Shown piece by piece: positions 53,073-61,665 of a DNA stretch of 64,000 bases. Below the pieces are notes generated by a model. That model did no database searches. It saw nothing but the letters and a program-made list of their open reading frames with translations, and was not told where the DNA came from. Both the position numbers and the translations under genes were made by a program. Source of the DNA: a virus (lineage: Duplodnaviria; Heunggongvirae; Uroviricota; Caudoviricetes); IMG/VR virus record IMGVR_UViG_3300042544_001887, one strand, 5' to 3'. Each line of letters starts with the position of its first letter. Position 1 is the stretch's first letter.

Positions 53073-55112
53073 ATGAAAAAATTACTGTTATCGCCTGTTT
53101 GGAGCATTTTAGTATTAGTATTGTTGGCTTGGCTACAGTTTGCTAATCCTAGTTTTTTAGAAAGTCTACAGCTACGTTACTTTGACCAACTTATAGTAAA
53201 TCAAGAACCTGTAGCTAACAACGTTTACACAGTAAACATAGACGAAGCAAGTTTAAAGGCAAACGGACAATGGCCGTGGCCAAGAGGCGAATACGCCAAA
53301 CTCATCGAAGAACTATATGCACGTGGTGCAGGATTAGTTGTGTTCAACGTTCTAATGAGTGAAACAGATCGTGCAGGACAAGATGGCGTATTATCTACCA
53401 CAATGAGCAACTATCCTGTTATAGTTACAATGTTGGGTACAGAGGAAAACAAAAATGAACCAATCAATCCTGGTGCTAGTATTATTAATAGCGACTACAT
53501 CGATCTTATTCCTTCCGTGCCTGGCATCACAGCAAACGTGTCAGATATTGAACGTGCGGCTGTTGGATCAGGAATTGTTAACACTTTTCCAGAAATAGAC
53601 GGTGTTACAAGACGTGCTCCACTAATACTAGAAAGCGGTGGAATACTGTATCCTAACGTTACTATGGAAGTGCTTCGTGTTCTTGCCGGCGATCCAAGTT
53701 TCCAAATTAAACTGTCACCAATTGGTATAGACAAACTTCGTATTCCACAGTATGGTGTATTACAAACAGATGAAATCGGCAGAGTTTGGTTAGATTGGAG
53801 TCAAAATTTTTCCAGTTACAGTGCTGCTGAGTTGCCCGATGATTTTGCAGGCGGTATAGTTTTTGTAGGACCAACAGCAGCCGGCATTACACAACCAATT
53901 GCAACAGCCGCAGGCGGTATTTGGCCGCATGAACTACAAGCTATAATGCTAGGTACAGTGTTTAATCAAAGCAATATAAAACGTCCAGCATGGGCAACAG
54001 GTGCTGAATTGCTAGGATTTGTAATTTCTGGCATAGCTTTAATAATAGCAGCACGTTGGACCTATGCGGGCATAGGAATATTTTTAATACTAGTTGGAAC
54101 ATCAATCGGTGGCAGCATCTATATGTTCTCTGCTTATAACTTCTTACTAGACGGTTTTGTTCCGGCAGCATTCTTGTTGTTGGTAGGATTAGTAAGATAT
54201 ACTGTTAAGTTTGTAAGTGAGTTCTTACAAAAGCAAAAGATCAAAAAACAATTTGGTGGTTATGTGTCGCCTAAGATTGTTGATTTACTGGCTAAAGATC
54301 CGAGTGTAATAGAACGTGGAGTAAAGAAAAACATCTCTATTACTATGACTGATCTGCGTGGCTTTACTCCTCTTGGAGAAAGTTACGGTGCTGATGTTGA
54401 AGGATTGCGTCAAATCATGAATGACTACATGGAAGCAATTACACAGCCAGTATTACGCAACGAAGGCACTATTATCAAATATATCGGTGATGCAAGTTTA
54501 CATATAAACGGTGCACCATTTGATCAAGATAATCATGAATGTGTTGCGGTAAAAACTGCAATTGAAATGATAGATGCTGTAGAGGTGTTTAATGAAGAAC
54601 TTAAAGCAAAAGGTAAGCCACCCGTTGGCATGGGTGCTGGTATCAATACTGGTCCTACAGTTATTGGTAATATTGGCAGTTATAAGCGTTATGGTTATGA
54701 CGTTTTAGGTGATAGTGTAAGCACAGCCGCACGTCTTGAAGGACAAACCAAGCCCTATGGTGTTTTATTAATACTAGGACCAAAAACTGCCGAAGTAGCA
54801 CGTCATTTCTATCACGTTGTAGAATTAGATCTATTAGCAGTCAAAGGTAAAACCGAAGCACTTCCTATTTACACAGTAATTTGGAGAGAAACACCCAACA
54901 CTGAGTTTTGGCATCATCATGAAACATTCTTATCAGAATACAGATTAGCAAATTGGAAATCAGCTCTGGAACAAATTCAGTGGTTAAAAATTAATGGTCC
55001 TGTCACACTAGTCAAGTACTACGAGATGATGGAAGAACGTATTGCTGATCTATCTAAGAAAAAAATACAGCCCGGAAAATGGGACGGAGTATTCAGAGCT
55101 ACAAGTAAATAA
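53073..55112 (+). CDS. CHASE2-domain class III adenylate cyclase
   Basis: GQWPWPR, EIDGVTRR (CHASE2); three TMs; TDLRGFT, KYIGDA, GINTG, YDVLGDSVSTAARLE. Confidence 0.95.
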   Translation: MKKLLLSPVWSILVLVLLAWLQFANPSFLESLQLRYFDQLIVNQEPVANNVYTVNIDEASLKANGQWPWPRGEYAKLIEELYARGAGLVVFNVLMSETDRAGQDGVLSTTMSNYPVIVTMLGTEENKNEPINPGASIINSDYIDLIPSVPGITANVSDIERAAVGSGIVNTFPEIDGVTRRAPLILESGGILYPNVTMEVLRVLAGDPSFQIKLSPIGIDKLRIPQYGVLQTDEIGRVWLDWSQNFSSYSAAELPDDFAGGIVFVGPTAAGITQPIATAAGGIWPHELQAIMLGTVFNQSNIKRPAWATGAELLGFVISGIALIIAARWTYAGIGIFLILVGTSIGGSIYMFSAYNFLLDGFVPAAFLLLVGLVRYTVKFVSEFLQKQKIKKQFGGYVSPKIVDLLAKDPSVIERGVKKNISITMTDLRGFTPLGESYGADVEGLRQIMNDYMEAITQPVLRNEGTIIKYIGDASLHINGAPFDQDNHECVAVKTAIEMIDAVEVFNEELKAKGKPPVGMGAGINTGPTVIGNIGSYKRYGYDVLGDSVSTAARLEGQTKPYGVLLILGPKTAEVARHFYHVVELDLLAVKGKTEALPIYTVIWRETPNTEFWHHHETFLSEYRLANWKSALEQIQWLKINGPVTLVKYYEMMEERIADLSKKKIQPGKWDGVFRATSK

Positions 55113-55136
55113 GGAGCCAAAAGGCTCCTTATTTTT
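55107..55136. terminator. Bidirectional terminator
   Basis: AAATAAGGAGCC-AAAA-GGCTCCTTATTT between convergent genes. Confidence 0.85.
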
Positions 55137-55153
55137 ATTAATGTAAAGTGTTA

Positions 55154-55489
55154 TTATGAACGACTCATATAAGCACTAGAACCAAAGAATGATGCTACTA
55201 CACCAGCTTGTGCAATGTAGAACATACTTAAAATGTTGTCTAATGCTGCTAGTCTGTCAATACCGATAAAAGGTAAAAATAGTAAAACTGTAAATACAAC
55301 CATACTAAGCATAGCAACCCATGCCATTCTTCTAAGTTGATCTTCTTTTTGATCTTTGTTTTCTAAGTCAACAATGCGTTCTGCTTTAGCAAGTTCTTCG
55401 TCGGAAACTACGCCATCGCCGTCGGTGTCAAACTTGTTAAATTGACTGTCTTCTTGTAGTGTCTTTGGTGTTCTTGGTGTTCTTGCCAT
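55154..55489 (-). CDS. EF-hand membrane protein
   Basis: FDTDGDGVVSDEE loop plus two TMs. Confidence 0.75.
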   Translation of the reverse strand: MARTPRTPKTLQEDSQFNKFDTDGDGVVSDEELAKAERIVDLENKDQKEDQLRRMAWVAMLSMVVFTVLLFLPFIGIDRLAALDNILSMFYIAQAGVVASFFGSSAYMSRS

Positions 55490-55506
55490 TTCTGGATCTC
55501 CCTCTA

Positions 55507-55851
55507 TTATTTTTTTTTATCTTCTCTGCCGGTGCTGTTAAAAACTTGGCTACGGCTTTGATACTTGTTAATCAATTCGTCGAGTTCGTCTTTTTTGTCA
55601 TCTGGAAGCGAATCTATGTGTTGTCGATATTCTAAAACCATTGTTAGCTTACTGTTTAAACGAATCATGTCGTTATCTAACATACGTACACGATCCACTA
55701 GTTTAATCAGCGTCCCCATTGTTTCACCAATCACAGGATCAATTTCTTCAGTTACCCATTTCCATATAAAGAAAACAAAGTAGCCCATTCCCATTGCTGC
55801 AATGATCGGAAATCCAAAGTCTTTAATAGCCTGTGCAATATCAAATTCCAT
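55507..55851 (-). CDS. Single-TM coiled-coil protein (GFPI motif)
   Basis: FGFPI..; RVRMLDNDMIRL. Confidence 0.75.
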   Translation of the reverse strand: MEFDIAQAIKDFGFPIIAAMGMGYFVFFIWKWVTEEIDPVIGETMGTLIKLVDRVRMLDNDMIRLNSKLTMVLEYRQHIDSLPDDKKDELDELINKYQSRSQVFNSTGREDKKK

Positions 55852-56129
55852 TAGTCTCTCCTTGCATCGTTTTTGCCTTCGTTAGCAGCAATACGATCTA
55901 TATTAGGTTTAACATTTAACGCATAACTTAATAGTGCATCTATCTTAACTAAATCATTATTCATAGTTTGAACACGATTATCTAACTGTGCAATAATATT
56001 TTTTAGAGTTGTAACAGATCCTGTTACTCCTGCTAGAATAAACTTCAATGTTAAGAAAACAAAACCGCCGGCTGCTAATGCACCGGCAATTGGAAACCCT
56101 ACTTCGCTTACTAATTGCAAAAAATCCAT
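55851..56129 (-). CDS. Single-TM coiled-coil protein, paralogue of neighbour
   Basis: VGFPI..; RVQTMNNDLVKI. Confidence 0.75.
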   Translation of the reverse strand: MDFLQLVSEVGFPIAGALAAGGFVFLTLKFILAGVTGSVTTLKNIIAQLDNRVQTMNNDLVKIDALLSYALNVKPNIDRIAANEGKNDARRD

Positions 56130-56226
56130 TAAAACGCCCTCACGTTTTGCATAGTATTTAGCATAATGCGATTGTTTTTTATTGACAAAATGCTTAAATA
56201 TACTACTATATTACAAAGGAGACTGC

Positions 56227-57360
56227 ATGAACAATTTTATAGAAGATTTTATTAAAAAAAATACATTTCACAGACCGACTTTAGTGTTAGATATAAATGA
56301 AGTGGAAAAAAACTTCTATAATCTTAAACGTGGGATGCCCGATGCTCACATACACTATGCTGTTAAAAGCAATCCGCATCCTGAAATACTAAAATGCTTA
56401 GTGCAACAAGGTTGCAAGTTTGATGCAGCATCGATGGGAGAAATAGATGCTTGTTTAGAAGCAGGTGCAAAGCCCGAACATATCAGTTTTGGCAATACTG
56501 TAAAGCGTTGGCAAGACATCAAATATGCACACTCTATAGGTATTGACCTTTTTGCAGCAGATGCAAGTGAAGAACTTGAAAAGATTGCAAATTACGCACC
56601 TAACTCTCGCGTGTTTATTCGTGTATTGATTGGGCAAACTGAAGCAGAATGGCCGTTATCACGAAAGTTTGGTTGCGATCCCCAAATGGTTCTTGAGCTA
56701 ATGGGATATGCTACAGACCTAGGTCTTAAGCCAGTTGGTATTAGTTGGCACATTGGTTCACAAACAAAACATCCTGAAATGTGGTTCGACACACTAGAAA
56801 TGATGGCTAACCTTTGGGATGAAGCCTGCGGTTTTGGATACGATTTATCGTTGGTAAACATCGGCGGCGGATTTCCTGCATACTACGGTGTTGATATAAC
56901 TCCGCCAGAAGAATACGGTAGAAAATTAATGGATCGTGTTCGTAAGCAATTTCCAGGTGCAGACTACATTATGGTCGAACCGGGTCGCGGATTAGTAGGC
57001 AGTGCTGGTGCTATTGCTGCTGAAGTGTTATTGGTTAGCAAGAAGTCATCCTACGAAACAGTGCGTTGGGTTTATTTAAACATAGGAAGATTTAGTGGAT
57101 TGGCTGAAACCGAAGGCGAAGCTATTAAATATCAATTTTCTATACCAGGTAAAGAAAACTCTACTACAGGACCATGTATTCTTGCAGGTCCTACTTGCGA
57201 TAGTGCAGATGTACTATATGAAAAGAACAAGGTTCATTTGCCAGTTGACCTTTGCAGTGGCGATCGATTTATTATACGAAACTGCGGGGCTTACACCAGC
57301 ACCTACAGCACTATTGCGTTTAACGGGTTTCCGCCGTTAGCTGTTGTAGTTTGCAAATGA
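56227..57360 (+). CDS. Group IV PLP-dependent ornithine/lysine decarboxylase
   Basis: HYAVKSNP, FDAASMGE, RKFG, WHIGSQ, NIGGGFP, EPGR, GPTCDSAD, GAYT. Confidence 0.93.
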   Translation: MNNFIEDFIKKNTFHRPTLVLDINEVEKNFYNLKRGMPDAHIHYAVKSNPHPEILKCLVQQGCKFDAASMGEIDACLEAGAKPEHISFGNTVKRWQDIKYAHSIGIDLFAADASEELEKIANYAPNSRVFIRVLIGQTEAEWPLSRKFGCDPQMVLELMGYATDLGLKPVGISWHIGSQTKHPEMWFDTLEMMANLWDEACGFGYDLSLVNIGGGFPAYYGVDITPPEEYGRKLMDRVRKQFPGADYIMVEPGRGLVGSAGAIAAEVLLVSKKSSYETVRWVYLNIGRFSGLAETEGEAIKYQFSIPGKENSTTGPCILAGPTCDSADVLYEKNKVHLPVDLCSGDRFIIRNCGAYTSTYSTIAFNGFPPLAVVVCK

Positions 57361-57362
57361 GG

Positions 57363-57390
57363 TTGACAATTTTTACAATTTATGTATAGT
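57363..57390 (+). promoter_or_regulatory. Sigma70 promoter feeding a non-coding region
   Basis: TTGACA-16-TATAGT. Confidence 0.6.
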
Positions 57391-57396
57391 AAAGAG

Positions 57397-57565
57397 AATA
57401 GCAATGATTGTCGCTGTTGGCCCGTGGCGATACATTGCTATAAATCTATAAGTCTTGACAATGAACCGAGTAAGATGATATTATCTGCGAAAGTCCGGCG
57501 AGAGCTTAAATTTGTCAAGGGTCACAAGCACTAGTCCAACAGTGTGTGGCTAACGGGCCGCCAAT
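57397..57565 (+). ncRNA. Candidate structured ncRNA of unknown family
   Basis: GC-rich non-coding island with several mutually complementary segments, including a possible pseudoknot. Confidence 0.45.
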
Positions 57566-57591
57566 AGGAGGAAAGTTTGGTAAATAATAAC

Positions 57592-57768
57592 ATGAAAACG
57601 TATCCAGCTAATGAAATATTTCAAGACATTGAAAATGACAAAAACAACGTCTTGATGAATATTCCTCCTGAAATTGCAGAAGAATTAGGATGGGTACCGG
57701 GAGACGTCTTGAAGATCGAAATATTAGAAAGTGGCGGCGTTTCTATTTCCAAGGTAAAAAATGGCTAA
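57592..57768 (+). CDS. AbrB/SpoVT-like DNA-binding protein
   Basis: [19 protein letters not shown]. Confidence 0.65.
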   Translation: MKTYPANEIFQDIENDKNNVLMNIPPEIAEELGWVPGDVLKIEILESGGVSISKVKNG

Positions 57769-57976
57769 AGAAGATGTTATTGAAGTAGAAGGCGAAATTG
57801 TAGATGTTTTGCCTAACCAAACTTTTCGTGTAGAACTCGAAAACGGTCACAGGGTAACTTGTTACACTGGCGGAAAGATGAGACAATTTAAAATTAGACT
57901 CGTACAGGGCGACAAAGTTAAAGTAGAAATGACACCATACGATCTACAAAAAGGTCGAATTATGTTTAGGATCTAA
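57761..57976 (+). CDS. infA: Translation initiation factor IF-1
   Basis: [44 protein letters not shown]. Confidence 0.97.
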   Translation: MAKEDVIEVEGEIVDVLPNQTFRVELENGHRVTCYTGGKMRQFKIRLVQGDKVKVEMTPYDLQKGRIMFRI

Positions 57977-57977
57977 A

Positions 57978-58367
57978 ATGATACAAGAGCTTTTGAGTTT
58001 AGAAAAAGCGTTTAATTGCAAACTTTCTCCAATTACTTTAGATTCGTGGAACAATTATAAAAGCATACCCAAAGGTCTGCGTGGTGTTTATATAATTTAC
58101 GACGACGATAAATTCTACTATGTTGGAAAAGGATTTGTCAAAGATCGTCAACCGCATCACGAAGAAAAGTTTTCCGGTATTTTTAAAAAAGCTAGAGATA
58201 CTGCTGGGTTTAGATGGCTTAGAGAAAGCGGAGTAGAATTCGACGTAACAAAAATGCGTATGACATACATTCCGTTAGAGCAAGAAACACTTATTTCTGC
58301 AATTGAAGGCAGTTTGATACACATGCTACAACCTATTGCAAACGACGAAGTAGTAAAAAGTCTTTAA
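57978..58367 (+). CDS. GIY-YIG-like nuclease
   Basis: GVYII..YYVGKG..R..H..E. Confidence 0.65.
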   Translation: MIQELLSLEKAFNCKLSPITLDSWNNYKSIPKGLRGVYIIYDDDKFYYVGKGFVKDRQPHHEEKFSGIFKKARDTAGFRWLRESGVEFDVTKMRMTYIPLEQETLISAIEGSLIHMLQPIANDEVVKSL

Positions 58368-58433
58368 CAGGGCTTGACACGCCTTCTGCGATTTGCTATA
58401 TTGCTACAAATGCAACAGCTAAAGGCTAGAAAA

Positions 58434-59129
58434 ATGTTTCCTACAGAACAACTGCTTGAATTTGCATATGCTGCATACCGTATCAATAACGGATATGTAA
58501 AATCAACAGTATATCATTCTGCAAATGATACTACAACTTATCCAAACAAGGATATTGTTCTTTTTTCTGCATTGAAAAAATTTCGCCCCGATGATTATAT
58601 TCCGTCATGGTTTGTTATGCCAGAAATTACAGACCGAGACCGTGAAAATGTAAAACTTGCCCTAGAGCATTATAAACGTTATACGTTGCTGCTTTTGGGG
58701 ACAGACCTGTCAACGTTTCAAAAAGATGTCTTTGCTGTAATCAGTCAAGATACTGTTCCCGTTCACAAAATCGGTCTAGTTGCTGTTGTTCCAACTGTGG
58801 TAAAAAGCGAAAAAGCAGAAAGTGTATATCTACGCAAACTAAAGAAAGATTTTTCTGATAGCAAACATTATGTTTTAAAGACATCTGTGAGTGGAACAAT
58901 CGAAATTCTTAAACGTATCCACCTCAGAGATTATTCCACTTATCTGTATTTTGCAGGATTAGGAGAAAACTTGATTTCTTTTACTAAACCGACTGAGTAC
59001 AGTGTTGGTGCAGTATACGAATTAAATGGTAAGGTAAAATCTCTCGAAAAAGAAAGAGAGACTGGATTCAATATGACAAAACTAAACTATGTCAAGTTAA
59101 ATGCTGTTGAGGTAACAAACAATGATTGA
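58434..59129 (+). CDS. Conserved hypothetical protein (C-terminal OB-like)
   Basis: Promoter TTGACA-17-TATATT at about 58375-58403; ends TKLNYVK. Confidence 0.7.
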   Translation: MFPTEQLLEFAYAAYRINNGYVKSTVYHSANDTTTYPNKDIVLFSALKKFRPDDYIPSWFVMPEITDRDRENVKLALEHYKRYTLLLLGTDLSTFQKDVFAVISQDTVPVHKIGLVAVVPTVVKSEKAESVYLRKLKKDFSDSKHYVLKTSVSGTIEILKRIHLRDYSTYLYFAGLGENLISFTKPTEYSVGAVYELNGKVKSLEKERETGFNMTKLNYVKLNAVEVTNND

Positions 59130-59334
59130 ACTGTGGTTTTTGGCTGTTGCTGTAATTTTTACAGTATTTGGATATATCATTGGCGTAAAAAAACAAGTAA
59201 AAGTATCTGCAGAGATGATTATTTCAACTACTATCGATACTCTTATTGAAGATGGATATCTTAAAACTAGAGGCACTGGAAACAACTTAGAGATTTTAAA
59301 AGTAGATGACAAAGCCGATAGAACTCAGCCATAG
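59122..59334 (+). CDS. Small membrane protein
   Basis: N-terminal TM; TIDTLIEDGYL. Confidence 0.7.
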   Translation: MIELWFLAVAVIFTVFGYIIGVKKQVKVSAEMIISTTIDTLIEDGYLKTRGTGNNLEILKVDDKADRTQP

Positions 59335-59587
59335 TCAGTGGAAAAAACTTTTAGAACGTCTTAAGGAGGATTACCCTCCTAGTGTTATTCTTGTTCGCAG
59401 CAAGATGAAAACAAAGTTAGGATTCACATCTCGAGAATACAAAGACTGGGATGACAGCATAGGTAAGTATGGCGGCTGGCGTAAAAACTGTATCATGCTT
59501 GATTTTTATTCGGAAAAGAAAAGAACCTTCTTTATCGTGAAATACAGCGAATTTGTAAAAAAGGAAGATCTTAATGACAACTTCTAA
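59306..59587 (+). CDS. Hypothetical protein
   Basis: LDFYSE..RTFF.VKY family. Confidence 0.7.
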   Translation: MTKPIELSHSQWKKLLERLKEDYPPSVILVRSKMKTKLGFTSREYKDWDDSIGKYGGWRKNCIMLDFYSEKKRTFFIVKYSEFVKKEDLNDNF

Positions 59588-59906
59588 TAATGATCACATC
59601 TTTATTGCGTATTGGGATTGTTACGGATTTGAATGCGTTGTAGACTTAACTTCATATGAACGACATAAATTGTTGTCTGATATTAAAGGAGACCCTCTTA
59701 AATCTCCTGTTAATCTACATTATTTAACTATGCGAGCTCGGTTTAATCCACAACGTGACCCTGAAATTTGGCTCTTTACTTCTGAAGTAGACGAAGCTAC
59801 ACTGCAAGAGTTAGCAGAAGAACAGCCGCAGATGTTGGCAGATCTTATTCGCAGTCATGGAAAAAATCTATACAAAAGTAAAACACTGGAACCAAAAATA
59901 AAATGA
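59574..59906 (+). CDS. Hypothetical protein
   Basis: WDCYG.E..RAR.N.QR.PEI. Confidence 0.75.
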   Translation: MTTSNNDHIFIAYWDCYGFECVVDLTSYERHKLLSDIKGDPLKSPVNLHYLTMRARFNPQRDPEIWLFTSEVDEATLQELAEEQPQMLADLIRSHGKNLYKSKTLEPKIK

Positions 59907-60259
59907 TACGTTATACTGACATCAACACCGGCAACAATCTACTAGACGAAGCACTAGAAAACTATCTCATGCATGGGTTTCAGCCCGGCGGATTTCTAAC
60001 CAGTGTTCTTGCTAACGACTTGCAGCTAGCTGTTGGAAGGGCAGATCATTGGAATAAAACTCGTCTGCCTGAAATTGTAGATGCAGTAGTGTACAATGTC
60101 CCAGATCGTGCTTGGGGCAGTTATCAGCGTGTCAGAGATTGGTGTGTAGACAAAGACGGGCATCGTACCGCATATGCTCAACGTAAAGAAAAAGAATATA
60201 CGTTTAACGTATTGAAAGGCAATGTACGTGCAAAAGAACCGCAAGACCCCCCGTTTTGA
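59903..60259 (+). CDS. Hypothetical protein
   Basis: G..PGGFL..VLANDL..A..RAD..WGS family. Confidence 0.75.
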   Translation: MIRYTDINTGNNLLDEALENYLMHGFQPGGFLTSVLANDLQLAVGRADHWNKTRLPEIVDAVVYNVPDRAWGSYQRVRDWCVDKDGHRTAYAQRKEKEYTFNVLKGNVRAKEPQDPPF

Positions 60260-60527
60260 AGTAGACTATAAAGAACGTCTTGAACAAAAACGAACAGCAA
60301 TCAATGCTGTTCGCTTGCCTCGTCTTGGCTATTCTCAATATCGTGTATATGATATTCGAGAGCGGTCCACTCGTCAATACAACAACGGCAACTGGCAGAA
60401 CTGGATCTTGTGGGCAGTTGTTGATGAACTAGAATCTCGTACAGAACCACCTCATCAAGTAAAATGGCTCAAACCTAAACAGGTGACATTGCTTAGACTA
60501 CAAGGACATAGGGTAGAAGAAGTATGA
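60222..60527 (+). CDS. Hypothetical protein
   Basis: Operon continuity; start uncertain. Confidence 0.5.
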   Translation: MYVQKNRKTPRFEVDYKERLEQKRTAINAVRLPRLGYSQYRVYDIRERSTRQYNNGNWQNWILWAVVDELESRTEPPHQVKWLKPKQVTLLRLQGHRVEEV

Positions 60528-60790
60528 ATTACGTTGATGTTTTAACAGTTCGAGAGTATGTTGACTATTATAAGGCAAACGATCCTTATGTACACGCTGC
60601 TGTATTAGAACAAGCAGGATACACTCCAGTAAGTATTAACCCAAAAGTTTTTTGGGAATCTGCACACGAGTATATGACCAAACGTTATGGCGAGGACAAT
60701 TACGTTTGGACTGGTGAAAAATTTTGGTTTGATAATATGGAAGAAGCAAGTCATTTTTATGCATACTACAGCAGTTGGTTAGAGGATTAA
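60524..60790 (+). CDS. Hypothetical protein
   Basis: ATGA overlap. Confidence 0.7.
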   Translation: MNYVDVLTVREYVDYYKANDPYVHAAVLEQAGYTPVSINPKVFWESAHEYMTKRYGEDNYVWTGEKFWFDNMEEASHFYAYYSSWLED

Positions 60791-61060
60791 ATGATTACTT
60801 TTGTTTGCGAAATTAATCCAACATATGCCAAGCAGAATGGACTTAATAGATACTATCTTGCAAAGGCTAAAAATGCAAATTGGCAAAAAGAAACAAATCT
60901 TCCTCGTTCACTACTGTATGGCTCTGACCGTGTGTGGAGAATTTACGAAAACGGAACAGTTGATTTTGTAAAAAATAGATTTACAGGTATTATGACTCCT
61001 GTCGATCAAAGAGAACTTACTGTTGCTCTCTTGAGTGCAGTATGCTATAACAGTGTATGA
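60791..61060 (+). CDS. Hypothetical protein
   Basis: GAGGA; SDRVW motif. Confidence 0.7.
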   Translation: MITFVCEINPTYAKQNGLNRYYLAKAKNANWQKETNLPRSLLYGSDRVWRIYENGTVDFVKNRFTGIMTPVDQRELTVALLSAVCYNSV

Positions 61061-61665
61061 TCAAAGTACAAGGCAAACTCCCTCGCAGTGTTTACGTCGG
61101 ATGTTCCGGCGGCTCGGATTCTATGGCTGTGGTCGATTTCTTGTCTCGTAGACATGATGTTGAAGTTATTTTCTTCCATCATGGCTCCGAACACGACACT
61201 GTTGCACAAGATCTTGTTTATAATTACTGTCATAAAAAGAACATCGAATGTATTCTCGGCGGCATGAACAAAGACGATACAATCAAGCCAGGAATGAGCA
61301 AAGAAGACTTTTGGAGATGGCGTCGCTATCGATTCTTTGAGCAATTCGCTAGGCCTGAAACTCCTGTTATTACTTGCCATCATCTAGATGACTGTGCTGA
61401 AACTTGGATTTGGAGTAGCTTGAACGGAAGTCCTTGTATTATTCCTTATCGTAGAAACAATGTGATTAGACCGTTTAGACTTAACAGAAAAAAAGACTTG
61501 GAGCTCTGGGCACAACTTAATGGCGTGCCCTACATCGACGATCCTACTAACACCGATACTACTTTTACTCGAAATTATATTAGACACGAGCTAATGCCAC
61601 ATGCATTACGAGTTAATCCTGGACTGCACAAGGTTATTAAAAAGAAAGTTTTAGATGATGTTTAG
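61057..61665 (+). CDS. tilS: tRNA(Ile)-lysidine synthase, catalytic domain only
   Basis: SGGSDS PP-loop, R.RRY.F, HHLDD.AET, IRP, D.TN..RN.IRH.L.P. Confidence 0.85.
   Translation: MIKVQGKLPRSVYVGCSGGSDSMAVVDFLSRRHDVEVIFFHHGSEHDTVAQDLVYNYCHKKNIECILGGMNKDDTIKPGMSKEDFWRWRRYRFFEQFARPETPVITCHHLDDCAETWIWSSLNGSPCIIPYRRNNVIRPFRLNRKKDLELWAQLNGVPYIDDPTNTDTTFTRNYIRHELMPHALRVNPGLHKVIKKKVLDDV

Noticed and set aside
57487-57560. RNase P RNA or HDV-like ribozyme call
   Set aside because: Only short words match; P4 pairing is incomplete, the S-domain is missing, and no HDV P3/L3 can be built
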